Shown: positions 1 through 9,965 of the stretch, piece by piece | Layout: each line of letters opens with the position of its first letter | Position numbering within the stretch: the stretch's first letter is position 1 | Virus record (IMG/VR): IMGVR_UViG_3300020731_000012 | Span: 31,827 to 95,826 of that record | From: a virus | Direction: 5' to 3' (one strand) | Length of the DNA stretch: 64,000 bases | Program-made: the position numbers and the translations under genes | The notes under the pieces: model-generated | Seen by the model: the letters and a program-made list of their open reading frames with translations, nothing else | The model's database searches: none | What the model was told of the DNA's origin: nothing

Positions 1-2
1 TT

Positions 3-242
3 ACAGCCAACAGCGATAACATTGTACCGACCCAAAAAGCTATCAAGAGCTATATTACAGCCCAGATAGGTGGCGGAGCAAGTACTTTGAACGTAAATAC
101 ATTGACATCGGGTGTGATTTCAATTAGCGGTAACGTGATAACTACAACTAACTTTACAACTATTGTAGTCAGCACCAAAATGGATTTCAGAGCAGGTATC
201 GACGGAGCTCCTTTAGCTCTAGGATACTTCTTACAAAAATAA
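3..242 (+). CDS. 3' end of a virion structural/tail-fibre protein (truncated by window edge)
   Basis: Open frame TANSDNIVPTQKAIKSYITAQIGGG...LGYFLQK* ending TAA at 240-242; VPTQKAIKSY-type motif and Thr/Gly-rich composition typical of large myovirus structural proteins; co-oriented with downstream fibre genes. Confidence 0.7.
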   Translation, partial: TANSDNIVPTQKAIKSYITAQIGGGASTLNVNTLTSGVISISGNVITTTNFTTIVVSTKMDFRAGIDGAPLALGYFLQK

Positions 243-254
243 CGGAGAAATAAA

Positions 255-581
255 ATGCCAACAGGAAGAGTCGCAACAGTTAGCCCAAATGCTAGCACAC
301 TTACACAGTTATACTATGTTAACTCTGGTTACTACGGTATCTATAATATCAGTATTACTAATACCAATTCAACCCCAGTTACTATTCGTTTAGCAGTAAC
401 AAACGTAAGCCCAACAGCACCAAACTCAAATGAATATATTGAGTTTGGCGCTGTAATAGTACCCAACGGTGTACTTGAACGTACAGGTGTGGCGATACAA
501 GCAGGTTACTATTTGTCATGCTATGCAACTTCTGCCAACGTTAACTTCAACGTTTGGGGAATTGAGACATTATCATCATAA
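255..581 (+). CDS. small beta-rich virion structural protein (hypothetical)
   Basis: 108-aa ORF, GGAGA RBS, Thr/Asn/Val-rich, in fibre cluster. Confidence 0.6.
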   Translation: MPTGRVATVSPNASTLTQLYYVNSGYYGIYNISITNTNSTPVTIRLAVTNVSPTAPNSNEYIEFGAVIVPNGVLERTGVAIQAGYYLSCYATSANVNFNVWGIETLSS

Positions 582-598
582 TATAAGAGAGACAGCAT

Positions 599-1489
599 AT
601 GGCAAGATATAACACCTCAGGAGCTCTAGTCCCAACAGGCGCAAATAATGGAGTTAACCTAACAATTAGCAGTGCTACTGTGCTGTCAACTCCTCTTCAA
701 GGTACATTCTATGAATGTGCAGGAACTGCACCGTATCAAGTAACACTACCAAGCCCGTCGGCATTCTATGGTATTGCAATGACATTTTACAATACCACAG
801 GCGGTGCTGTAACATTATCAACTCCGAGTGGAAACTTTGTTGGTGCAATAGTAGGTACAGCGGCTAGTACTTTTGTTTTACCAGCAACTGGGTCTATGGC
901 AACTGTAATTTCAGACGGCACTTACTATATTGTAACTAGTGGTGGAGGTGTTAACGTACCTGCTAGTACACTCACAGCAAGTTCAACAGTAACACTGAAT
1001 CCATCTAACGCAAGTGTAACATTGAGCCCAACTGGGTCAGGTACTGTTACAATTAACCCTGCTACAGCAGGTAGCATCAGTAACGTGAGCGGATCATTTA
1101 CCAGCTTTACCAACACTGGCTTAAGCACGTTCCAGCAGATTCAAGAGGTATTAGTATCAAGTGCTAGTCCAGGTACATCACCTACATTAAACTATGCTTC
1201 AGGTGACGTATTTTATCTAACCAGTCTAAGCGGAAACTTTGTACCAAACTTTACCAACGTACCAACAACTGGTGCTCGTTCAACTACTATTACATTATTT
1301 TTAATACAAGGCGGTACTGCTTATTATCCAACAAGCATACAGATTAACGGTAGTGGATATTCAATTACTTGGCCAGGCGGCGTAGCGCCAACACCACGTG
1401 CAAACAAAGTCGACGTTGCTACACTTATTTTATTGAACCCAGCTGGTTCATTTGCAAACGTGTTAGGTCAATACGGATCATTTGGTTAA
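599..1489 (+). CDS. tail-fibre-like structural protein
   Basis: Thr/Ser/Gly-rich; C-terminal domain (FYLTSLSGNF.PNFTNVPT...LIQGG..YYP...ING...ITWPGG) paralogous to those of 50066..50893 and 50897..51412. Confidence 0.65.
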   Translation: MARYNTSGALVPTGANNGVNLTISSATVLSTPLQGTFYECAGTAPYQVTLPSPSAFYGIAMTFYNTTGGAVTLSTPSGNFVGAIVGTAASTFVLPATGSMATVISDGTYYIVTSGGGVNVPASTLTASSTVTLNPSNASVTLSPTGSGTVTINPATAGSISNVSGSFTSFTNTGLSTFQQIQEVLVSSASPGTSPTLNYASGDVFYLTSLSGNFVPNFTNVPTTGARSTTITLFLIQGGTAYYPTSIQINGSGYSITWPGGVAPTPRANKVDVATLILLNPAGSFANVLGQYGSFG

Positions 1490-1506
1490 TAAACTAGGAG
1501 AATTAC

Positions 1507-2733
1507 ATGCCATTTTTAGGAAGCATAGGCGGAAGCAACGAAGTCAAAGGGTTTGGAAGTTATCACCCAGGCGTTGGCCCACAAGATACATCTGGTAGCT
1601 CGGCAGCAGGTTCTCTTGGAACTACAACAGTTACCAGCAACACTGCATCAAACTCAGTCAGCGGCACTCGCGCTACATTTGATCCGTTTTTTAACGGCAA
1701 TATTACTTACACCATTAGTTCGGGAGCTTTGCCTCCAGGTTTTTCATTAAACAGTAGTACCGGTACAGTGAGTGGATCTTATACACCAAGCGGTCTTAAT
1801 ACTGATGCTCAAGTATATACATTTACTGTACGTGCCACTGATAACTCAGGATTCAACAGTTTTACAGATCGTACCTACACTGTAACACTATCAGTTCCAT
1901 GGTTGTATCAACAGATTTTAACAACTGTTTATATGCTTGGCGGTTATCAAAGTTCAAGCCTATGGTCAAACGTAAATCGTACAACAAATTCAACACAGAC
2001 TACTGTTAACCTAGGTGACGGTAACGTTGATAACTATCACTACAAGTCAGGTGGCACTAGCTATAACAAGACTTATATCTGGAATGGCGGTCCAACAGGA
2101 TTCAGCTTGCGTACAGAAACTAAAAACGTCTCAGGTAACAACGCAGGCGGTGGTGGCAACAATGGTACAATCTTTAACCAGCGTTATGCTTGTTATGTAA
2201 CAGGCGAAGGTACTGGTACGATCAATAAATTCTATTTCTCAAACGAAACACAAGCTAACTTAGGCAATGGTTGGAACGATCATGCCGCAGGCATCAGCGG
2301 ACAGTATCGTGGCATGTGGTGGGGTAACTCAGGACAAACTCAGCGTGTCTATTTCCCAACAGATGCTGTTGCTAACCTAGGTTATTCAGCTGGCGCACAC
2401 GGACAACAAAAAGGTCTAATGGCCAAATGGGGTTATGGCTACGGTGGCGGCGAAGGAAGCTATTCAGGTGGCTATACATATCGTAAGACCAACATTGAAA
2501 GTGAAAGTCAAGCTAGTAACTTTGGTCGCCCAGGTGGTTGGGGCTTTGGTGAAGACAACTATGGTATGGGCCAAGACTTTGGTTTCCTACTAGGCGAACA
2601 CGATCCTAGCGGCCAGAATAATCGTTCGTTTACATACTATTATAACTCAGATAGCGGAAGTCAAAACGGCGGAACACTTGAACCAAAAGGACACGGCGGC
2701 GCCAGTTCTGGTCATTGCGGTTGGAGAGATTAA
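1507..2733 (+). CDS. putative Ig-domain tail fibre / receptor-binding protein
   Basis: YTISSGALPPGFSLNSSTGTVSG...YTFTVRATD matches putative Ig (He_PIG-like) pattern, followed by Gly/Tyr/Trp-rich repeats; GGAGA RBS. Confidence 0.65.
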   Translation: MPFLGSIGGSNEVKGFGSYHPGVGPQDTSGSSAAGSLGTTTVTSNTASNSVSGTRATFDPFFNGNITYTISSGALPPGFSLNSSTGTVSGSYTPSGLNTDAQVYTFTVRATDNSGFNSFTDRTYTVTLSVPWLYQQILTTVYMLGGYQSSSLWSNVNRTTNSTQTTVNLGDGNVDNYHYKSGGTSYNKTYIWNGGPTGFSLRTETKNVSGNNAGGGGNNGTIFNQRYACYVTGEGTGTINKFYFSNETQANLGNGWNDHAAGISGQYRGMWWGNSGQTQRVYFPTDAVANLGYSAGAHGQQKGLMAKWGYGYGGGEGSYSGGYTYRKTNIESESQASNFGRPGGWGFGEDNYGMGQDFGFLLGEHDPSGQNNRSFTYYYNSDSGSQNGGTLEPKGHGGASSGHCGWRD

Positions 2734-2767
2734 TTAAATATTCAATATTAATTGATCGAGGATACTA

Positions 2768-3688
2768 ATGACTAACGAGATTCAAAACTTTTCTGAAAAT
2801 TTGCATGAAAAATACGCAGACATGGTCACAGCTGACAAGCTGACGCCAACTACACACGCAGATAAATTAGAAGAAGACAAACAAAGATTAGTTGAAATGG
2901 CTCTTAACGCTACGTTCTTAAATCCTAAATTTAAAATGGAACGTTTTGTTCCGTCAGGCCAACTAACTCCTTATGCTACAGTACGCCAATGGTTATTAGA
3001 ACTTAAGAGTATTGAAGAATCATGCGAACGCTATGTTACCATGATGGCCAAATACGAAATTGAATTACCGATGCTTCAAGCTAAGATTGATCGTGAAGAA
3101 GATCCAATTAAAAAAGCAGAAATTCAATTAAAACTATTAGAACAACAATATCAATATGTTTGTGATAAACGTCGTAAGGCACAGCATTTTATCGAGCGCG
3201 AACAATATTGTGATTTGTTAAAAGATTATCTAGCTGGCCCTCACGGTAAAACTCCAGACGGTCGTAGCTGGTTAGAAGTGTTTGGTAACCTAGATGAAGA
3301 AAACGAATGGGAAAAACACTATTGGACTGTTCGTCTAGCTAAACAAGCCGCAATGGATGTAGTTGGTTACGGTAAAGTTAGTGCCGGTAACATGGATGCT
3401 ATTACACAACTTGACGGCCAACAACAACAAGAAGCATTGGCACTTACGCATGAAATTGCACTCAGAGTAGAAGCTATGAGTAGTAGTTTACGTAATCAAG
3501 CCCACGGCCACTTGATGCAAACCGATAAAGACTATGCTGGTATTATGCAAGGCCATACTCCGGAAGATCTTAATAAAATAGAATTTAATGTCAACAATCT
3601 CGTTCCTGTAGAAGAGCGTCATACTACTGATCCGAACGCTGTTGATCAACCTACCGATGAGGAACTTAACGATGTTTATCGTCCTTGA
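2768..3688 (+). CDS. hypothetical helical/coiled-coil protein (possible fibre chaperone)
   Basis: 306-aa ORF, GAGGA RBS, Glu/Lys/Gln-rich heptad-like region. Confidence 0.55.
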   Translation: MTNEIQNFSENLHEKYADMVTADKLTPTTHADKLEEDKQRLVEMALNATFLNPKFKMERFVPSGQLTPYATVRQWLLELKSIEESCERYVTMMAKYEIELPMLQAKIDREEDPIKKAEIQLKLLEQQYQYVCDKRRKAQHFIEREQYCDLLKDYLAGPHGKTPDGRSWLEVFGNLDEENEWEKHYWTVRLAKQAAMDVVGYGKVSAGNMDAITQLDGQQQQEALALTHEIALRVEAMSSSLRNQAHGHLMQTDKDYAGIMQGHTPEDLNKIEFNVNNLVPVEERHTTDPNAVDQPTDEELNDVYRP

Positions 3689-4238
3689 AGCACTACCATT
3701 TAATCACCCAGCACTAGATCAAAAAATTGAAATTCTTGATCAGTACAGTTTTGGCCCATACACCTGCGCTTATATCGCACCAGAAAATGAATCTAGTGTT
3801 GATCTAAGCCAAATAAACTATATTCAAGTTCCTGAGAACATAGCTCGTGCGGCCAAATTTGCTAAAGTTACACATGAGCACAAGATTAAAATTGCAGTGG
3901 GATCAGAAGTACACGAAGAATTGATCATCCATTCTATGGAAGAGCATGCTGTAAAACCGCAACTTACATACAAGTTAAGCGATGCGGATCTTGCAGAAGT
4001 GGTAGAATTTTGGAAAGCGGTGATGCATCTAGCACTAACTGTCTACTACAAAAATTTAAGTCAAGAAGATCAAGATCGTAATGCCGCACTCAAAGCATCT
4101 ATTGCTAGCGAGATAGATGCCTGCACCGAAGTAATTCAAACACGAGCAATTTTACATAATCGTTTTGGAATTGCAACTAGCAGTGTGGTGGCAGAAGATC
4201 AACAATGGGGCGCGGCAACTGTAAATTTATCTGAATAA
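3672..4238 (+). CDS. hypothetical protein
   Basis: Start moved to ATG 3672 (GAGGA RBS upstream, short overlap with previous gene); stop overlaps next start (TAATG). Confidence 0.55.
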   Translation: MFIVLEALPFNHPALDQKIEILDQYSFGPYTCAYIAPENESSVDLSQINYIQVPENIARAAKFAKVTHEHKIKIAVGSEVHEELIIHSMEEHAVKPQLTYKLSDADLAEVVEFWKAVMHLALTVYYKNLSQEDQDRNAALKASIASEIDACTEVIQTRAILHNRFGIATSSVVAEDQQWGAATVNLSE

Positions 4239-4825
4239 TGATAGACGATATCATTGAGTTAGATAATTTTCTGCCAGTCGACTATGTTGATCGACTTGAA
4301 AAACGATTGATGCATCCAAGTTTTCCTTGGGCCCTTACTCTAGATTCAGTATATGGTGCTGACGGCAAAATAGAAAATGTTGGAGCAGTTGGTTTTTATC
4401 ATAATATAGTATTCAACAATAATCAACGTTCTGAAGATCTTTCAAAAGTAGAACCGGTACTAATGGGATTAGAAAAAGCACTAGGTGGTAAACTAGTGAT
4501 TGATGTTGTAGAGCGTATCAGAGTCGGGCTTTTTACATGTAATGCTGATCCTAGTCCGCATGCCGCACACGTTGATGCATATTTCCCCCATTGGACTGCT
4601 GTGTATTATGTAAATGACTGTGACGGGGACTTAACAATTTACGAAGAAACTTGGCCTACACTACTGCCTGATCAAGCCAAATTTAGTCAACTAACAGTTA
4701 AGAAAAAAGTTAAACCTGCCAAAGGGAAAATTGTATTATTCCCTGGACAGCACTATCACGCAAGCTCGTATCCTACTGTTAGCCCATTACGCATAGCTAT
4801 CACATTTAATTTCACTTCCAAATAA
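4238..4825 (+). CDS. 2OG-Fe(II) oxygenase
   Basis: HVD...YYVNDCDG...HYHASS...RIAITFN: HxD..H triad and distal Arg. Confidence 0.85.
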   Translation: MIDDIIELDNFLPVDYVDRLEKRLMHPSFPWALTLDSVYGADGKIENVGAVGFYHNIVFNNNQRSEDLSKVEPVLMGLEKALGGKLVIDVVERIRVGLFTCNADPSPHAAHVDAYFPHWTAVYYVNDCDGDLTIYEETWPTLLPDQAKFSQLTVKKKVKPAKGKIVLFPGQHYHASSYPTVSPLRIAITFNFTSK

Positions 4826-4863
4826 TTTCAGTAAATATACCTATATAATACTAGGGATAATGC

Positions 4864-5454
4864 ATGTTTACAGATTTTATAGGAGTGTTTGATAATTTTT
4901 TAACAGCCAAAGAATGCCAAACATTTATTGATTATTTTAATCATATGAAAGAATTAGACTTGGTCTATGACAGACAGTCTATGAAAGATGGCAGAGCTCA
5001 TCACAAAGACGACGAAACTGGCTTTGTCATGCAATTTGACAGTTTGCCTGTAATGAAAGCTAATCCCATAATGAAAACTTTCTTTGATAAATTTTGGAAA
5101 GCCTATGGTGATTATGCAGAAGAATTTAGCATATTACACGACATTGAAAAACATGGTGTTATAAGTGCTCGTTTACAGAAAACAGAACCAGGTGGCGGCT
5201 ATCATGATTGGCATTGCGAAAACGCCGGATTTGATGTCAGTACCCGAGTAACAGTATTTTCCCTGTATCTAAATGATGTAGAACACGGAGGCGAAACAGA
5301 ATTCCTCTATCAAAAACGCAGACTAAGTGCCAAGGCAGGACGACTAGTAATATGGCCAGCGGCATTTACACATACCCATCGAGGTAATCCTCCATTGAGT
5401 AATGAAAAATATATTTTAACCGGCTGGTTACAATACTTTGGAGAACCTAAATGA
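4864..5454 (+). CDS. 2OG-Fe(II) oxygenase (prolyl-4-hydroxylase-like)
   Basis: GGGYHDWHCE...YLNDVEHGGETEF...HTHRGNPP..KYILTGW. Confidence 0.9.
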   Translation: MFTDFIGVFDNFLTAKECQTFIDYFNHMKELDLVYDRQSMKDGRAHHKDDETGFVMQFDSLPVMKANPIMKTFFDKFWKAYGDYAEEFSILHDIEKHGVISARLQKTEPGGGYHDWHCENAGFDVSTRVTVFSLYLNDVEHGGETEFLYQKRRLSAKAGRLVIWPAAFTHTHRGNPPLSNEKYILTGWLQYFGEPK

Positions 5455-7136
5455 TTAACACAAAACCAAGAAAGATTTTCAGCATACCATTAAATCCAAA
5501 ACTAAATCAACAAGAGTTCACTCACTTTTATGCATGGTTGCAGATTTATAAAGATTGGATTGCTGACATTTATTTTACTAGCCGCATAGCACCTTTTAAA
5601 CAAGATGCTATGGGAGATGTTTTTTTAATTGAAGACAATCACTATTCACTAATTGATACTGCTCTTAACATTCAAAAACATCTAGGTATCCCCGTTAGTG
5701 CAACCTTTAATAACATACAAGTTGCACCTACGCAGGCAAACTTAGATACATTTATTGTTAATTTTAAAAAGTTATATGATGCTGGTATTAAGATTGCTAC
5801 AATTCCACATACCCACTGGATGGCAACCGGACAAATCAAAGCGGCATTTCCTGAACTCTACGTTAAAAACACAATTTTAAGAGAAGTTACACATGCCCAA
5901 GAAGTAGTCAATCTTGCACAAGCAGGATTTGACTACATTAATCTTGACCGTGATTTGATGCGCGATCGTGATCAACTGTTAAAAATTAAACGTGCCAAAG
6001 AGTATATTAAAGAAACTATGGGCAAAGACATTACTATCAGCCTGCTAGCCAACGAAGGCTGTCTAGGTAATTGTTCAATGATGGAAGAACATTTCCATTA
6101 TAACAATATTAGAAATGCCGAATCACCGCAGTATTTCAACGATCCAATTAGTCGTGTTAGCTGTCCCAAGTGGGAAGTAACTGATAGTTCAGTTCCTCTT
6201 AAAACTGCCAACCTAAGTCCGTGGCGAGCTGACTGGGATGAATATCTCGATGAATTAGGAATTGATGTGTTTAAAATGCACGGCCGTGAGGACAATCAAC
6301 GCTTGTTAGATACGCTATCTTACATTGAAAAATATGTAGGAGGAGAAGAAATACTTGCTCCAGGATTTATGCAATGGGCAGATGAAACAGGTATGACTGG
6401 CAAACCTATCGAACTATGGCGTGAAAAAATTAAAAATTGTAAATTTGACTGCTGGGACTGTCATTATTGCGATAAAGTATACGATCGTAAAAGCGACTTA
6501 GACTATAGTCCGTTAGTTAAACATGTAGCTGAGGCTATTCATCAATCAGGTATTCCTAAAATTTGGAATGATATTCCGGGGCTAACTAGTCCACGTGTTA
6601 AGACACTGTTGAATCATCTAGCTTCTGGTGTTGGTAGTTATTTAGAAATAGGTAGTTACCTTGGAGCAACAGCCGCGGCAGTACTTGAAAATAATCCGCT
6701 GAACGCTACATTTATCGATACCTGGACTGAAAATGTACAAGATAAAAACAATAAACTAAAACTCCCGCCTAACAGCAGAGCTCAGTTTGAACAAAATATT
6801 ACTCCGTATGTTGGTAATAGCAATGTTAGAATTATTGAATCAAACATGTTTGATGTTCAAACGGCAGACATGTATGAAACAATACAGATGTTTTTCTATG
6901 ACGGTCCTCATGATTATAAAACAACCTACGATGCAATCAGTTTATACTACAGTACACTGGCCCAAGAAGCAATTATCGTCATTGACGATGCCAACTGGAA
7001 GGAAACTGTAGATGGCACTGTAGCGGCATTGTACGATGCAGGTGCTCGCATAACCTATAAAAAACTATTGTTAAACAGCGAAGAAAATGGAAAAGAGTGG
7101 TGGAACGGATTATACGTACTGGTGATTAGAAAATGA
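5451..7136 (+). CDS. peptidase-U32-family Fe-S protein fused to class I SAM methyltransferase
   Basis: N-domain LLANEGCLGNC...SCPKW...FKMHGRE plus CKFDCWDCHYC; C-domain YLEIGSYLGAT, FYDGPHDY, IVIDDANW (Methyltransf_24-like). Confidence 0.75.
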   Translation: MINTKPRKIFSIPLNPKLNQQEFTHFYAWLQIYKDWIADIYFTSRIAPFKQDAMGDVFLIEDNHYSLIDTALNIQKHLGIPVSATFNNIQVAPTQANLDTFIVNFKKLYDAGIKIATIPHTHWMATGQIKAAFPELYVKNTILREVTHAQEVVNLAQAGFDYINLDRDLMRDRDQLLKIKRAKEYIKETMGKDITISLLANEGCLGNCSMMEEHFHYNNIRNAESPQYFNDPISRVSCPKWEVTDSSVPLKTANLSPWRADWDEYLDELGIDVFKMHGREDNQRLLDTLSYIEKYVGGEEILAPGFMQWADETGMTGKPIELWREKIKNCKFDCWDCHYCDKVYDRKSDLDYSPLVKHVAEAIHQSGIPKIWNDIPGLTSPRVKTLLNHLASGVGSYLEIGSYLGATAAAVLENNPLNATFIDTWTENVQDKNNKLKLPPNSRAQFEQNITPYVGNSNVRIIESNMFDVQTADMYETIQMFFYDGPHDYKTTYDAISLYYSTLAQEAIIVIDDANWKETVDGTVAALYDAGARITYKKLLLNSEENGKEWWNGLYVLVIRK

Positions 7137-8647
7137 GCATAACAAAAGTTAAAAAAATTATTATATTCGGTGGTGGTACAAGCGGCTGGCTAACTGCCGC
7201 ATACATCACTAGAAACTTAAAATTTCCTTGCGAAGTTACACTAATAGAAAGTACAGACATGGGCCCAATTGGTGTAGGTGAAGGAACGCAACCTGCCACC
7301 GCTAGATTCTTATTTGACTGCGGACTTGATCCTAAGTCATGGATGAAGCCAAGTCAAGCGGCTTTTAAATTAGGTGTGCATTTCAAAGGGTGGACACCTG
7401 AAAACTATTTTGTTGACAATGATTTTATTGAAAATACAGTTATTGCTCCGGACTTGTATACTACAGATTATTTTTTAGGACGTGACAAGAAAGAATTCTT
7501 TGATTGGCTGCCAGCTTATCAACTAGCTCTAGCTAATAAAAGTCCTAAACTTGCTGGTATGGACACTAACTACGCACAAACCGGTTATAGACAATTTGGC
7601 GCTGTGCATTTTAACGCCTATGAAATTATCAAAGCAATTAAAGACCTAATTATTGATCGTATCAACTATATTAACACTAAAATTGAAGATGTTGAAACAA
7701 ACGATGACGGGATTACTGCACTAGTAGACGGTGCTGGCAACAAGTATGTTGCCGATCTATATTTAGATTGCAGTGGCTTTGCATCAATATTGTTAGAAAA
7801 GAAACTGGGAATACCATTTACCAGCGTCACTGACATACTACCTTGTGATCGTGCAGTAGTCTTACAGACTCAATATACTGATCCAGAAGCTGAGTGTGTT
7901 CCATATACCAGTGCTACTGCTATGAACGCAGGTTGGATGTTTACTATTCCTATCTATACAAGACAAGGAAACGGTTATGTATACAGTAGTAAATTTATTA
8001 GCGATGAAGATGCTGAAAAAGAACTACGTGAGAAAGTAAATGAATTCTCAGCGCCGGCACGTATACTCAATATGAAGTGTGGAATACACAACCGGGTAGC
8101 TTATAAAAATGTCATGGGAGTTGGATTAGCGGCCGGATTCGTTGAGCCATTAGAAGCCACAGGCATTACATTTACCACTAAAGCGGTTGAAATGATCACT
8201 GAAGGGTTGAATAGAACACATGGCGTTTGGAGCCAACCTCTTAAAAATGAAGTTAACGAAATTTACGATCTCATGTTCTGGGAAATCGTAGCCTTTGTAT
8301 GGGCTCACTATCACTTTAGCACTAAGAATGATACACCGTTTTGGAATAACATACATCAACAGATGCCTGATATGATTCCTAAAAAGGTTTTAGACTTTGT
8401 AGAAAAGTTTGTACCAAGCCCTAATAGAGATTTCTTTATACATCCAACTAGTAGTTTCCATGTAGGACATTGGTTCAGTGTACTCAATGCAGGCGGAGTT
8501 TATGACGGCCATAAAAAGAAACTGTTTGGAGATGTAGAAAAGTATGCTGAATATTTTACCAACAGCCAAAGTCAACGAGTTGCTCTAGTAAAAGAAATGT
8601 TCCCTAACCATTATGCATTTTTAAAAGACTGGTATAGTGTTGAGTAA
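7133..8647 (+). CDS. flavin-dependent (tryptophan-halogenase family) halogenase 1
   Basis: GGGTSG FAD motif, IGVGEGT, AFKLG catalytic Lys region, DCSGF, GWMFTIP (variant WxWxIP), GNGYVYS, FVEPLEATG. Confidence 0.9.
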   Translation: MSITKVKKIIIFGGGTSGWLTAAYITRNLKFPCEVTLIESTDMGPIGVGEGTQPATARFLFDCGLDPKSWMKPSQAAFKLGVHFKGWTPENYFVDNDFIENTVIAPDLYTTDYFLGRDKKEFFDWLPAYQLALANKSPKLAGMDTNYAQTGYRQFGAVHFNAYEIIKAIKDLIIDRINYINTKIEDVETNDDGITALVDGAGNKYVADLYLDCSGFASILLEKKLGIPFTSVTDILPCDRAVVLQTQYTDPEAECVPYTSATAMNAGWMFTIPIYTRQGNGYVYSSKFISDEDAEKELREKVNEFSAPARILNMKCGIHNRVAYKNVMGVGLAAGFVEPLEATGITFTTKAVEMITEGLNRTHGVWSQPLKNEVNEIYDLMFWEIVAFVWAHYHFSTKNDTPFWNNIHQQMPDMIPKKVLDFVEKFVPSPNRDFFIHPTSSFHVGHWFSVLNAGGVYDGHKKKLFGDVEKYAEYFTNSQSQRVALVKEMFPNHYAFLKDWYSVE

Positions 8648-9225
8648 TGACTAGAGAACCACTGTTTAGATCCGATATTTTTATACAATCAGATGTAGGC
8701 AGTCTTACAGATCGCCAAGCACTTTTAAATCAAATACATACACTAGCGCAATCTAGCCCAACAATGGAATTTAGCAATCCAGGTTGCTTTAGAATGGACT
8801 TTCCTTTAAAAAATATAGGTTGGCTTTCATATGAAATTAGTGTATTATTGCTTGAAGCTGTGATATTCTATAACAAGGAGGATCCTGTCTTTAGAGCAAT
8901 TGAAAAAACACCTAATCCAAATTTAGTAGCTTGGGTCAATATAAACTCGCCAGGTAGTAGGAATACTATGCATACCCATAAAGAAGATGATTTTTCCGGA
9001 GTATACTATCTACAAGCTACTGATTGCGGAGATCTAAGATTTCCTAATCCTGCGAATCTACTAGGAGATTGCGGCAAGACTAGCCCGTTTATGCGAGACT
9101 TTAGTTTTGCGCCCAAGGATGGTGATTTAGTTATATGGCCAAGTTGGATGGCACACGAAGTGGAACCTAACTTGTCTAACCGAGACAGAATAAATTTAGC
9201 ATTTAATATTAGGATTAGAGCATGA
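8647..9225 (+). CDS. 2OG-Fe(II) oxygenase (TIGR02466-like)
   Basis: WVNIN..G..N.MHTH..FSGVYYL...IWPSWMAHEV...RINLAFN. Confidence 0.85.
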   Translation: MTREPLFRSDIFIQSDVGSLTDRQALLNQIHTLAQSSPTMEFSNPGCFRMDFPLKNIGWLSYEISVLLLEAVIFYNKEDPVFRAIEKTPNPNLVAWVNINSPGSRNTMHTHKEDDFSGVYYLQATDCGDLRFPNPANLLGDCGKTSPFMRDFSFAPKDGDLVIWPSWMAHEVEPNLSNRDRINLAFNIRIRA

Positions 9226-9965
9226 GAAAAATAACATTTTTTACAACAATACCGGGAATGGAAGAAGCCTATCCTATTATAGAAGCTAAGGATTATAAGC
9301 CTGACTGGGTAGAAGGTGCTAGGAAGATGTACCTTAGAAAACTAGAACAATCACAAGGAAAACAATTTGTTGATGTGTACCGCTGTCCCGGTATTTTTGA
9401 TCTAATGAGCACAGGCTATATCGTACCAATGCCATGGGACGTTATGATAGAAACTAACGGGGATATGGAAAATTTCAAATGGACTATTCCTAGCGAGTCT
9501 CTAGCAGAAAAGTATGGCGGGCATCTAGTGTCAGGACACATGGCCAATGAAATTGCCGCTCCCTTTCCGCCTCGTCCGGGATGCTTGCGTAGCATTATTA
9601 AATTTAACACTCCGTGGCATATTATTGCACCTCCAGGTGTAAAATTTATGGCGATTCCAATTCCCTATGGAGATGATTTTGCGTTTGAACATAACATGGG
9701 TATACTAGATCCAAGTTTAAGTACAGAAATAAATCCGCAGGTGTGGTGGAAAGTGCTAAATGATCGATTTTTGCTTAAAGCTGGCACACCTATTCTACAG
9801 TTAATACCAATGACTGATGAAAAATTTAAAATGGAAGTTGTAGTCGGCGACCAGAAAGCTCACAGTTGGTTAAAGCGTAGAGAATATTTCTTTAGTCTAA
9901 GTTTTAATTTCAAACGTAATCTCATGAAAGCCATGTATCTTAAACATTGGTTTGGGATAAAATGA
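9222..9965 (+). CDS. conserved hypothetical protein of phage oxygenase islands (DUF6065-like)
   Basis: RCPGIFD...GYIVP.PWD, KFNTPW...PPG, KAGTPILQLIP motifs; coupled by ATGA overlaps on both sides. Confidence 0.55.
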   Translation: MRKITFFTTIPGMEEAYPIIEAKDYKPDWVEGARKMYLRKLEQSQGKQFVDVYRCPGIFDLMSTGYIVPMPWDVMIETNGDMENFKWTIPSESLAEKYGGHLVSGHMANEIAAPFPPRPGCLRSIIKFNTPWHIIAPPGVKFMAIPIPYGDDFAFEHNMGILDPSLSTEINPQVWWKVLNDRFLLKAGTPILQLIPMTDEKFKMEVVVGDQKAHSWLKRREYFFSLSFNFKRNLMKAMYLKHWFGIK

